NCBI GenBank assembly: GCA_963752285.1
Contig: CAVVXN010000005.1
Coordinates: forward strand, 992,001 to 1,056,000
DNA length: 64,000 bases
Direction: 5' to 3'
Source: an uncultured Planctomycetota bacterium
GTDB taxonomy: Bacteria; Planctomycetota; PLA2; JAEUHO01
Made by a program: the position numbers and the translations under genes. Below, one piece after another: positions 48,610 to 57,668 of the stretch. The notes beneath the pieces are model-generated. The model did no database searches, had not been told where the DNA came from, and worked only from the letters and a program-made list of their open reading frames with translations. Positions within the stretch are counted from its first letter, which is position 1; each line of letters opens with the position of its first letter.

Positions 48610-49701
48610 CTACATGACCCCTGCGACGCGTGCCGGGCGCCGACCCATCTCGCGCAGCCAGCGCAGATGGGAGCGGAGCGCACGATAGCACGAGCGGTTC
48701 ACGCGGTACCGCACACCATGGTCCCGGCACGTCTGGGCCACGATCGTCGCGAGCGCGGGATAGTGGACGTGGCTCACGTGCGGAAACAGGTGGTGCACGG
48801 CCTGGTAGTTGAGGCCGCCGAGGTACCAGGTCGTGACGGGGCTTCCCGGCGCGAAGTCCACCGACGTGTTGAGCTGATGGACGGCCCACTCGGTGGACGA
48901 GCCGGCGGGCGTCGGGACCTCGGGAAAGTCGGCCTCTTCCACACAGTGGGCCAGCTGGAAGACGACCGTGAGGGTGAGACCGGTCGCGACCTGCATCGTG
49001 AGGTGGAACAGGAGACCGATCGCCCAGCCGTGCGCGATCACCGGCAGGACGAAGGACCACGTGAAGACGAAGGCCTTGCCCCCCAGGAAGTACAACCACT
49101 CCCGACCGCGCGGCCGCGGGAGCCTGTGCGCTCCGATCTTTCCGGTCGCGATGTTGTAGAAGTCGTCGAACCAGACCCACTTCACCCCGAAGAGGGCGTA
49201 GAGCAGCCACACGTACACGTGCTGGAACCGGTGGAAGAACAGCCAGCGCTGGCCCGGCGCCAACCGAAGGAGCGCCCCCGCCTCGATGTCCTGGTCGATC
49301 CCGACCAGGTTGGGGTACGTGTGGTGGACCACGTTGTGCTTGAGCCGCCAGATGTGCGAGCTCCCTCCGATGAGGTCGAGCACGCGCGCCAGCATGCGGT
49401 TCACGCCGGGCCGTGACGAGTAGGCGCCGTGGCTCGCGTCGTGCATCACGCAGAACCCGAGGCCCGCGAGGCCGAACGAGGAGACGAGCGCGCAGGCGAC
49501 CGTGACGAGGACTCCTCCCGGGCCGAACATGAAGAACGCCCAGGCCCCCGCCATCACGAGGCCGATCACGATGGACTTCGCCCACAAACGGGGTCCGCCG
49601 AAGGGCGAGCGGCCCGATTCGTCGAAGTACCGCGCCACACGCGCACGCAGGTCTCGATAGAGCGGGGCACCGGCCTGGAACTGAACACGAGCGTCGTGCA
49701 A
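48610..49701 (-). CDS. Membrane fatty acid (acyl-CoA) desaturase
   Basis: His boxes HDASH, HNVVHH and QAVHHLFP; GGLNYQ. Probable TTG start at 49701. Confidence 0.92.
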   Translation of the reverse strand: MHDARVQFQAGAPLYRDLRARVARYFDESGRSPFGGPRLWAKSIVIGLVMAGAWAFFMFGPGGVLVTVACALVSSFGLAGLGFCVMHDASHGAYSSRPGVNRMLARVLDLIGGSSHIWRLKHNVVHHTYPNLVGIDQDIEAGALLRLAPGQRWLFFHRFQHVYVWLLYALFGVKWVWFDDFYNIATGKIGAHRLPRPRGREWLYFLGGKAFVFTWSFVLPVIAHGWAIGLLFHLTMQVATGLTLTVVFQLAHCVEEADFPEVPTPAGSSTEWAVHQLNTSVDFAPGSPVTTWYLGGLNYQAVHHLFPHVSHVHYPALATIVAQTCRDHGVRYRVNRSCYRALRSHLRWLREMGRRPARVAGVM

Positions 49702-49898
49702 CTCGGTACTCCGGGGACCGTCGCCCGCGGATCCCCCCTCGGGGACCGGACGGCGATGGACCGGGGAAGAGCGTAGCAGCCGGGGAGGAGGTCCCGGGTC
49801 TTTGAAATCGGCGTCGAGGGCCGACCCGATTCCGGACGCGCGTCCCCCACCGGGGCAGCGGCGTGTCGCCGCGCCGGTTCTCGGGCTCCGCCCGGCCC

Positions 49899-50186
49899 CT
49901 ACTTGCGCTTCGTCTTGCGCTTCGGCTTGAGGCCGCGACCGGCGAGCATCTTGCGCACCCGCGCGCGGTGCTGGGCGGGCGTGAGCGACGCCCAGTAGCT
50001 GCGCTGACCCGCGCTCAGGCTCGCGGGAGTTGCCCGGCCCGCGCCGCGTCCCTTGCCCGACTTCGCGGCGCTCGACTTGGCGTTCGCGATCGCCTTCGAG
50101 CTCTCTTCGACGAGGTCGTTCACCGCTTCGAGTAGCTGATGCACCGCGTTCTCGATTCGCTTCGCGTGGTTCTTGCGTCGGGCCAT
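49899..50186 (-). CDS. Small Lys/Arg-rich protein, possible nucleoid-associated protein
   Basis: 95 aa; amphipathic N-terminal helix, basic linker and tail; purine-rich RBS. Confidence 0.65.
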   Translation of the reverse strand: MARRKNHAKRIENAVHQLLEAVNDLVEESSKAIANAKSSAAKSGKGRGAGRATPASLSAGQRSYWASLTPAQHRARVRKMLAGRGLKPKRKTKRK

Positions 50187-50369
50187 GGGATCTCTCTCTC
50201 CGAGTAGGTCTGGGGCGGATCCTACCAGCGGTTCGGGTGATGGGGCGCATCAAACGAGGGTCGAGCATCCTCGGAACGTCGAATCACGCTCCGTCAAAGA
50301 GGGTCTCGCGAGGCGAATCAGGGAATCCGATTGCCTCCCGGCAGCCCGGTGAAGGGTATTGTCAGCCAG

Positions 50370-51335
50370 TCAATCCGGGGTCGCCCGGTCCGGCCCGGCC
50401 CGGCGCCCGGAACGACGCGCCCGGTCCCGAAGCCCCTCGGCGACGGCCCGGGCCGGGACCGCGAGCACGACGAGCGCGCCCGCCCCCACGACCACCCCCG
50501 CCACAGCGGCCGTGGCGTACGGCAGGTCGAGCCCGGCGCCGAGCGTCGCCCCGAGGAGAGACCCCACCAGGGCCACCGCCACGGACGTCAGGACCACCAC
50601 GGTGGGACGCGCGGCGACCCGCTCGGCGGCGGCCGGCGGCAAGGTGAGGCAGGCGAAGAGGAAGGGCGCACCGACCCGCGGCGCCGCCAGGGCCACCAGG
50701 CCGCCGAAGAGGACTGCGAACGCCGCCTCCAGGCGCACGACGGGGTAGCCCACGGCCCGCGCGTGGTCGCGGTCGAACGCGATCGCCGCGAGCGGTCGCG
50801 CCAGCGCCACCGTCACGAGCGCGATGGCGGGCATCGTCCCGGCGAGGACGCGCACGTCGCCCCAATCGAGGAACAACAGCGTCTTCCCCTCGGACAGCGC
50901 CCGCATCTCCTCGGTGCCGTGCGGGTCCTGCGAGAGCAGCAGCACGGAGAGGGCGGCGGCGGAGAGGAAACACGCGGCGGCGGCTCGCTCCTGCCCCCGA
51001 CGCGCCGCGCGCCCGATCGGGACGAGAAGCAGCGCGGCGATCGCCGTCGCCAGGATCACCAGCAGCGAACGGTCGTGGAAGACGTCCGGCAGGACCGCGG
51101 TGATCCCCAGCTGCGGGAGGAGCGTGACGTGGCCCAGCGCGAACGCCGTCCCCACGGTGGCCGTCTCCGGCACGGCGAGGCCGGCCCAGATGAGCCGCCG
51201 CCAGCGAAGCACGACACCAACCGCCCCTGCGCAGCCGGCGATGAAGAGACCCCCCGCCATCGCCTGGGGCGCGAGGTCGTAGGCCTGCCGCACGGACTCG
51301 AAGCCCGGAATCCACTCGAGCCACGATCCCATCAT
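50370..51335 (-). CDS. Zn/Mn ABC transporter permease (ZnuB-like)
   Basis: Polytopic; AIAFDRDHARAVG, LTLPPAAA; coupled to the ATPase. Confidence 0.82.
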   Translation of the reverse strand: MMGSWLEWIPGFESVRQAYDLAPQAMAGGLFIAGCAGAVGVVLRWRRLIWAGLAVPETATVGTAFALGHVTLLPQLGITAVLPDVFHDRSLLVILATAIAALLLVPIGRAARRGQERAAAACFLSAAALSVLLLSQDPHGTEEMRALSEGKTLLFLDWGDVRVLAGTMPAIALVTVALARPLAAIAFDRDHARAVGYPVVRLEAAFAVLFGGLVALAAPRVGAPFLFACLTLPPAAAERVAARPTVVVLTSVAVALVGSLLGATLGAGLDLPYATAAVAGVVVGAGALVVLAVPARAVAEGLRDRARRSGRRAGPDRATPD

Positions 51336-51967
51336 CCTCCCTCGCCGAGTCGAATCACGCAGTCGGCATCGGCCTCGACGTCGTGCAACCCGTGGCACAC
51401 CCACAGCACACCCACGTTGCGCTCGCGGACCTCGCGCTCGACGATCTGGATCACCTCGCGCTCGCCCGCGACGTCCACGCCCGCCGTGGGCTCGTCGAGT
51501 ACGAGGAGCGAAGGTCTCGTCACCAGCGCGCGTGCCAACAGGACGCGCCGCCGCTCTCCGCCGGACAGCCGGTCGTAGCGCCGTGTGGGCGGTGCGCGAA
51601 AACCGACCTCGTCGAGCGCGGCCCGCACGGCCCGGGCCGCGAAGGTACGCGCGGGCCACGGGATCCCCTGGCTCACGACGCTCACGGCTGGGAAGGGGAT
51701 GCCCGAGTCGCTGGGATCGAGCTGCGGGACGAAGCCCAGGGCGAGGCCCCGGGCCCGCACGACCCGACCCCGGTCCGGACGGAGCAGCCCGAGGAGGATT
51801 CTCAAGAGGGTGCTCTTGCCGGCGCCGTTCGGCCCCGTGAGCGCGACGACGCCCCCCGGGACGATGTCCAGGGAGAGCCCTTGGAACAGGGTGCGCCCCC
51901 CCACCCGCGCCGAGAGGTCCTCGGCACGGAGGAGGGGCGGCTCGGTCGTGTGGCTCCCGGCGGTCAT
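51332..51967 (-). CDS. Zn/Mn ABC transporter ATPase (ZnuC-like)
   Basis: GPNGAGKST, GFVPQ, LSGGERRRVLLARAL, LDEPTAGVD. Confidence 0.9.
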   Translation of the reverse strand: MTAGSHTTEPPLLRAEDLSARVGGRTLFQGLSLDIVPGGVVALTGPNGAGKSTLLRILLGLLRPDRGRVVRARGLALGFVPQLDPSDSGIPFPAVSVVSQGIPWPARTFAARAVRAALDEVGFRAPPTRRYDRLSGGERRRVLLARALVTRPSLLVLDEPTAGVDVAGEREVIQIVEREVRERNVGVLWVCHGLHDVEADADCVIRLGEGG

Positions 51968-52956
51968 CGCGCCGGGGGTCCGAGGGCGCGCAACAGCACG
52001 TCCGCGTTCCTCCGGTACATCGAGATCAGGTCCGGTGCGTCCGGCGTCGCGCCCGGCATGTGCGCCATCAGGACGGCTCTCGCCCCGGTCTGTTGCGCGA
52101 ACGACTGGACGGGTCCCTCCGGCTGGAACACCTCGTAGAGGATCGCCTTGACCTTCCCGCTCTTGCTCTGCACGGCGAGGTCCCGGACGTGGGAGGCCGT
52201 CGGCGGCACCCCGGGCTTGGGCTCCAGCGTGCCGAGCACGTTCAGCCCGAGCCGCTGGGCCAGGTACAGCATGTCGCTGTGGTACGACACGACCGACTCG
52301 CCCCGGTACGGCTTGAAGCTCTCGAGCATGCCGCCGGTTCGCGGTCCCGACTCCGCGCCACCCGAGTGCTTCCCGAGCAGCAGGTCGCTCACCTCCTCAC
52401 GGAGGCGCTTCGCGTTCTCCTGGAAGTCGCGTGCGCCGTCGGGTCGGAGCACGGAGAGCGCCGCCGCCACCTCGTCGCCGACGATCACGGCGTTCGCGGG
52501 GTCCAGCAGGTAGTGCGGGTTTCCGAAGGGGTGCACGTCGCCGAGCGCGCGGCTCACCTGCCCGCCCTCCGGGACCTCGAGCTTCTTGATGCGGGCGCTC
52601 GCGTCGAGGTACCCGGTGCTGCCCGGACGGATCTTCGGGTTGGCGCCGTCGCGGAGGATCAACGGCAGGTACCCGACCTCGAGGTCCATGCCCATCACCA
52701 CGAGCAGCTCAGCTTGGTTGCCCATGCGAATGAAGGAGGGACGCGCGTCCAGGAAGTGCGGGTCCTCGCCACCGCGGCAGAGGCTTTGGACGCTCACGTG
52801 CGCACCCCCGACGCGGCGCACGATGTCCGCGAGATCGGTCGTCGTCGTGAGCACGGACACCGAGCCGGAGGCCGCACGCGCGCGGGGTCCGGAGAGAGAG
52901 AGGAGCGGAAGCGCGAGCGCGACCGACGCAACGAGTCGAAGCGGACGATGGGTCAT
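51964..52956 (-). CDS. Zn/Mn ABC substrate-binding protein (ZnuA/TroA-like)
   Basis: GEDPHF, DVHPFGNPHY, YH, EPKPGVPPT. Confidence 0.92.
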   Translation of the reverse strand: MTHRPLRLVASVALALPLLSLSGPRARAASGSVSVLTTTTDLADIVRRVGGAHVSVQSLCRGGEDPHFLDARPSFIRMGNQAELLVVMGMDLEVGYLPLILRDGANPKIRPGSTGYLDASARIKKLEVPEGGQVSRALGDVHPFGNPHYLLDPANAVIVGDEVAAALSVLRPDGARDFQENAKRLREEVSDLLLGKHSGGAESGPRTGGMLESFKPYRGESVVSYHSDMLYLAQRLGLNVLGTLEPKPGVPPTASHVRDLAVQSKSGKVKAILYEVFQPEGPVQSFAQQTGARAVLMAHMPGATPDAPDLISMYRRNADVLLRALGPPAR

Positions 52957-52969
52957 GGGAGGATCCCTT

Positions 52970-54616
52970 CTAGAACTTGTGGGCGCCGTGCTTGCCGAGC
53001 GAGAAGTCGAAGTTGAGCCACACGCTCCAGTTGCCGTCCACGTTTCTGGGGAACGCGCTCGAGAGACCGGTCACGTCGTCGTAGCTCACCTGGAGTCGGA
53101 TGCGGCTGAACTCGCTGGGGTAGTAGGTGAGCGCGCCGCTCACGCGCGTGTGGTCGCCGGCGTAGGCGCCGTTGCTCCACGCCTGATCGACCCGAAGCCC
53201 GACGCTCCAGGGCCGATGGAAGCCGTAGACGAGCTCGGAGTAGAAGCCCTTGTCGATGTAGTCGAACGCGTCTACGTGGACGGGCATGGTGCCGCCGAGG
53301 CCGTCGTCGACCAGGCGGTCTTGGTCGGCGGCACGGAAGTCGCGCAGCAGGAACTCCGTTTGCCACTGGGCCCAGGGCCAGCCCGCGTCCGATTTGTCGG
53401 CCCTCCACTTGAGGAACAGGTCCCCGCCGTAGACCCGCGTACGGCCCCCCTCCCCGGTGCCGTTCGGGCCGATGGCGAAGGAAGCTCCACCGAGCACGGA
53501 GAGCGTCCCGCAGTGGACGCCGCGGAAGTCCTTGCTCGCCTCGGCCCGGAAGTGGTACGCGAGGTCATCGAGGGCCTTCACGTCGTGATGCTGATATTCG
53601 TGCAGCCCGATCTCCTCGCCGTCGGCGCCGAAGAACGGGACCTGCGTCTCACCGCGCGCGTTCTGCACGCCGGCGAGCAGCGTCACGGGGAAGCACGTGT
53701 GCGGGACGATCCACGAGAGGCGTGCGCCCTGTCCGCGCAGTCCGTCCGCACCGAACGCGCGGCCGAGGATCACCGGGAAGTTGACGAACTGCCACGTGTG
53801 CGGATGCGACGGGTTCAGCCGGCCGAACTCCGTGAAGAACTGGCCGATCTTGAGCTGCAGGCTGCAGGGGAGGGAGGTCGTGAGGGCGTACGCCTCTTCC
53901 AGCTCGAACTCGCTCTCCCCCTCCTCCGAGAGCTTGTAGACCACGTCGAAGAACCCGTAGAAGTACGGATCGACGTCGGCACTCGCCACGACCTCTTCGT
54001 TTCGCGCGTTGAACCCTCTCACGTGCGGATCGTGGTCGCCGAGCGCGATGGCTCCCGAGAGCGCGTCGTCCGTCGCCGTCGAGGTCCCGACCGTCGCGTC
54101 GAGGACCACCGACAGGTCGAGCAGCGTCCCCGCGCTCGGGATCACCGCGTTCTCGGGCACGCCCTGGAAGAGGTCCCGCTCCGTGAGGTAGTCCTCGACG
54201 ACTCCAGTGACCTCTTCCCGCGTGAGGCCGTGCTCCGGCGCCGCGGCACCGCCCGAGGAGGGGGTGCCCTCGGGGGGCGCGCCTCCCTCCGGGCCCTCGG
54301 GTGCCGGTCCGGGCTCCGTGTCGCCCGATGGCGCCGGACCGGGGGACGCGCCCCCGGTCGGCGCGGCGGCGGCACCGGCCCCTCCGCCGTGCTCGAGCGC
54401 CTCGAGGCGCCGCTCGAATGCCGCCCGGTCCGCCTCACGGGCGTTCTTCTCCGCCTCGAGCTCCTTGCGGAGGCGCTGGACCTCCGCGCTCGTGTCCCCG
54501 TCCGCCCGGGCGGGGCACACGTCGGCGAACGCGACGACCGCGATCGCGCAAGAGATGACGAGGAGACGGCGCACCGTCTCTCCCGAACCGACCACGTTCC
54601 ACGTCCTCGTGCTCAC
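52970..54616 (-). CDS. Outer-membrane beta-barrel metal uptake porin/receptor
   Basis: Signal peptide, coiled coil, ELEEAY, FGRLNPSHPHTW, SEFSRIRLQ, C-terminal LGKHGAHKF; precedes the ABC genes. Confidence 0.8.
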   Translation of the reverse strand: MSTRTWNVVGSGETVRRLLVISCAIAVVAFADVCPARADGDTSAEVQRLRKELEAEKNAREADRAAFERRLEALEHGGGAGAAAAPTGGASPGPAPSGDTEPGPAPEGPEGGAPPEGTPSSGGAAAPEHGLTREEVTGVVEDYLTERDLFQGVPENAVIPSAGTLLDLSVVLDATVGTSTATDDALSGAIALGDHDPHVRGFNARNEEVVASADVDPYFYGFFDVVYKLSEEGESEFELEEAYALTTSLPCSLQLKIGQFFTEFGRLNPSHPHTWQFVNFPVILGRAFGADGLRGQGARLSWIVPHTCFPVTLLAGVQNARGETQVPFFGADGEEIGLHEYQHHDVKALDDLAYHFRAEASKDFRGVHCGTLSVLGGASFAIGPNGTGEGGRTRVYGGDLFLKWRADKSDAGWPWAQWQTEFLLRDFRAADQDRLVDDGLGGTMPVHVDAFDYIDKGFYSELVYGFHRPWSVGLRVDQAWSNGAYAGDHTRVSGALTYYPSEFSRIRLQVSYDDVTGLSSAFPRNVDGNWSVWLNFDFSLGKHGAHKF

Positions 54617-54726
54617 GAATCCTCCTCCGGTTCGCGCGAAGCGGACGAGGGGAGGCGCCGCTCGGGCGGCGACGAGCCGCCGGCACGCGCTCCGGAACGC
54701 GAATGCGCCCCTCCGCTACGCGGTGT

Positions 54727-55128
54727 TCACGCGACCGGAGAAGCGGGTGGACCGCGGGGACTCGCGGAGGTGAGGTCGGGAGCGCGCGGCGGGACGGAAC
54801 GGACCGCGAGGACCGGCCGCGCGCCGTGGAAGCCGCGCGGTGGCAGCGACGCCGGTGCGACGGTCGTAGAGCCGCGCGCCGCGTGTATGGCCTGGCAGAG
54901 GGCGCACGAGGCCGGGTCGTGTACCGGGCCGCCGCTCCCGTCGCGGACGCTCGGCGCCGAAGACGCGTCCCGCGCGATCGCGCGCGCGTGGCCCGCCGTG
55001 GCGCCCTCGCCGTGGATCGCCGGGAGGATGATCTGCGCCCAGGGAAGGAGCGAGACCGCCACGGCGGCGAAGAACCGCGGGCCGAGGATGCGCCTCTTCA
55101 CGACCGCGGGAGTATGGCCCCCTTCCAT
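54727..55128 (-). CDS. DUF2946-like leader protein with CxxC and C-terminal RGPP
   Basis: Hydrophobic N-terminus, HDPASCALCQAIH, Pro-rich tail ending SPRGPPASPVA. Start may be GTG at 55101. Confidence 0.72.
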   Translation of the reverse strand: MEGGHTPAVVKRRILGPRFFAAVAVSLLPWAQIILPAIHGEGATAGHARAIARDASSAPSVRDGSGGPVHDPASCALCQAIHAARGSTTVAPASLPPRGFHGARPVLAVRSVPPRAPDLTSASPRGPPASPVA

Positions 55129-55317
55129 GCGCCTGGCAAGGCCCCGCCGGTGGCCGGTGGAGCCACCGTCTCGCCGGTCTCCCTGACGTCTTCCCGGGCA
55201 GGGCAGGTCGCACCGCCCGTCGAGGCGCCCCCGCAAACACGCCGCACCATCGTCGGCGTCGAGATCGGAACGCACGAGTCTCGCTTGCGACTCCGCCCCG
55301 GGGAGCCCGAGGCGCGC

Positions 55318-55788
55318 TCAGGACCGTTGGCGAAGCGCCTCCAGGACGTGGCGCGGGTGCTCGCCCGCGTCGCTCACGCGCTTCCAGTGCTTCACGACCT
55401 TCCCGTCGGGCCCGATCCAGACCGTCGAGCGGATGACGCCGGTGGTCTTCTTGCCGTAGAGCGTCTTCTCGCCCCACGCGCCGTACGCCTGCATCACCTC
55501 ATGCGTCGGATCGGAGAGCAGCGGGAAGGGGAGCTCGTGCTTCTCGGCGAACCGCTGGTGCGAGTCGGCGCCGTCCGGCGACACGCCGAGCACCACGGCC
55601 CCCGCCGCCTCGATGTCCTTCGTGAGGTCGCGGAAGCACTGCGCCTCCTTCGTGCAGCCGGGCGTGTCGTCCTTGGGGTAGAAGTAGACGATCACGTCCT
55701 TCCCCGCGTAGTCCTTCACCGCGTGCTTCACGCCCTCCGCGTCGGGGAGCGAGAACGCAGGCGCCTTCCGGCCTTCCTCGATGGGCAT
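55318..55788 (-). CDS. bcp: Thioredoxin-dependent thiol peroxidase (BCP/PrxQ)
   Basis: YFYPKDDTPGCTKEAQCFRD, FPLLSD, GVIRSTVWIGPDG. Confidence 0.95.
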   Translation of the reverse strand: MPIEEGRKAPAFSLPDAEGVKHAVKDYAGKDVIVYFYPKDDTPGCTKEAQCFRDLTKDIEAAGAVVLGVSPDGADSHQRFAEKHELPFPLLSDPTHEVMQAYGAWGEKTLYGKKTTGVIRSTVWIGPDGKVVKHWKRVSDAGEHPRHVLEALRQRS

Positions 55789-56078
55789 CGCGGGCTCCTC
55801 CGATGAGTCGCGGCGGGATGCTACCAGCGCCGTCCGGACGCCGTGCCACCGGACCCTCCGGCTCCCACCTCGTCTCGGGCCAGACGACACGACGCGGTCG
55901 GCCGACGGGGCCGCCGCTCGCGGAGCCGTGGACCGCGCGCCGCATGTTCGGGCCCGCCCGGCCGGAGCCGACCCCCGGTCGGCCATGCCGGACGTGGGGC
56001 GCACCGCGGTCGAGACGCGCGCGAACCGGACCCTCCGGCGGTCGAGCGCCTCCGCCTCGGCCCCGACCGGCCCGGCGT

Positions 56079-56210
56079 CCAGCGGAGCACGATCGGGCGC
56101 ACGAGATCGCGATCGTCGATCACGATGTCCGCCCGCGGCGCCGGGTCGAACGCCTCCAGGTAGAGAGCCTGACCCTCCTCGTAGCGCCGGAACCGTCCCG
56201 CGAGCGGGTC
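56079..56210 (-). pseudogene. Remnant resembling the C-terminus of a uridine kinase-like P-loop protein
   Basis: FRRYEEGQALYLEAFDPAPRADIVIDDRDLVRPIVL; no upstream P-loop found in any frame. Confidence 0.45.
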
Positions 56211-56339
56211 CACGGGACCGAGCGCCCGTCGCGCGCGAGGGTGCCCGGCACGCGACTCGGGAGTCTCCACTCGGCAGCGTCCTACGACCACGCCCGCGCC
56301 CAGGACCCCCTCGTCGCGCCCGGGGTAGGGTACAGCGTT

Positions 56340-56367
56340 CGGACGCCCTCGGACGCCCTCGGACGCC
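56340..56367. repeat. Tandem 10-mer repeat
   Basis: CGGACGCCCT CGGACGCCCT CGGACGCC. Confidence 0.6.
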
Positions 56368-56464
56368 GCTCGTGCCCGCTCGCGGCTTCGCGCTCCGCGA
56401 CCGCCGCGCCCCGAACACGGCTACGCTACGCCGCGCCGTCCGCCGGAGGCCGATGGGGCCAGCC

Positions 56465-56611
56465 ATGGGAAGAAACGCACGTCGAGTCCTCCTCGTGGCC
56501 ACCCTCGTCGTCCTGGCGGGCATGATCACGACGTTGTTCCTCGCCTCGGCCGAGCACTGGGGACGAACGCCCGAGCGGCCGACGCCGCGCCTCGACGCGC
56601 CGCCGAAGTAG
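56465..56611 (+). CDS. Small single-TM protein (48 aa)
   Basis: MGRNARRVLLVATLVVLAGMITTLFLASAEHWGRTPERPTPRLDAPPK. Confidence 0.5.
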   Translation: MGRNARRVLLVATLVVLAGMITTLFLASAEHWGRTPERPTPRLDAPPK

Positions 56612-56694
56612 GGCTCCCCCGAAGTAGGGCGCGGCAGAAATGGGGCGCCGCCGGCCACGCGGCCTGCGTCCGCCCGCCGCGCTACCCTCCGCGC

Positions 56695-57621
56695 ATGCGC
56701 CGCGCCCCCGCCCTCCTCGTCGCGCTCCTCGGCCTCTCGGCCCTCTGCGTGCCCGCATGCGGGTCGGCATCTTCGGGCTCCACCCCGGCGCCCGACCTCT
56801 TCGTGCACGCGTCCGCGGTCGTCAACACCGACGACCTGCGCCTGTCTTACGACCTCTGGCCCTCGAGGACGCCCGCCGCGCCCCGGACGCCCGTCGTGCT
56901 GATCGGGGGCTTCCCCACGGACGTGAAGGAGGACTGGGCGGACGTCGCCCGCGCGCTCTCGACGGATCGGGACGTGTTGACGTACGACCCGCGCGGCGTC
57001 GGGGAGACCGGGATCGGGCCGACGCCAGGCAGCTACACGCAGAACCAGATGGACGTCGATCTCGAGGAGCTGATCCAGCAGGTGTTCCCGACCGCGAAGC
57101 CCTGCCTCGTCGGATGCTCGGTGCGCGGGCGGATCGCGCTCCAGCGCGCGTTCGACTCGTTCAACGACTCGAGCCTGGTGCTCGCCGGCGCCGCGGGCTC
57201 GACGCCCACCTTGGGGCCCGACCACGCGGCGTTCGTGGACGTCTTCGGGAACGCGTCGTGGGGAACGAATCCCGACCTCTCGACGCGGCTGGACCTCGCG
57301 AAGATCGTCCTCGACGCGCCGGCCGACCGGGTCGCGCTCGTCGCCGCGCTCGGCCAGGGGAACCGCCCCGGCGGGGGGGCGATGCGATGGAGCGGCTTCC
57401 TCACCGGGGCCACCCCGGGAATCCAGTTCATCTCGCTCCCGACCCTGGTGCTCGCGGGAAGCGCGGATCGCGTGTACGCCCCGGACACGGGCCAGGCGCT
57501 CGCGACGGAGATCGGAGGTTCGGCGAGCTTCTACGAGGTCCCGGGCGGTGCGCACGCGTTCTGGTTCGACGATCCCCTGGGCTTCGCGGCCGAGATCCGA
57601 GCGTTCGTGGACTCGCTCTGA
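56695..57621 (+). CDS. Alpha/beta-hydrolase fold lipoprotein
   Basis: PVVLIGG, YDPRGVGET, GCSVRG, PTLVLAGSAD, GGAH; VPAC lipobox-like. Confidence 0.8.
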   Translation: MRRAPALLVALLGLSALCVPACGSASSGSTPAPDLFVHASAVVNTDDLRLSYDLWPSRTPAAPRTPVVLIGGFPTDVKEDWADVARALSTDRDVLTYDPRGVGETGIGPTPGSYTQNQMDVDLEELIQQVFPTAKPCLVGCSVRGRIALQRAFDSFNDSSLVLAGAAGSTPTLGPDHAAFVDVFGNASWGTNPDLSTRLDLAKIVLDAPADRVALVAALGQGNRPGGGAMRWSGFLTGATPGIQFISLPTLVLAGSADRVYAPDTGQALATEIGGSASFYEVPGGAHAFWFDDPLGFAAEIRAFVDSL

Positions 57622-57668
57622 TCGCCGTACGAGGGCGGGCTGGGCACCCTGGCCGTGTGGAGAACGCC

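Noticed and set aside
56340..56630. CRISPR array or IS ends
   Set aside because: Repeats are 10-12 bp with 2-3 copies and no spacers; no cas or transposase gene in the window.
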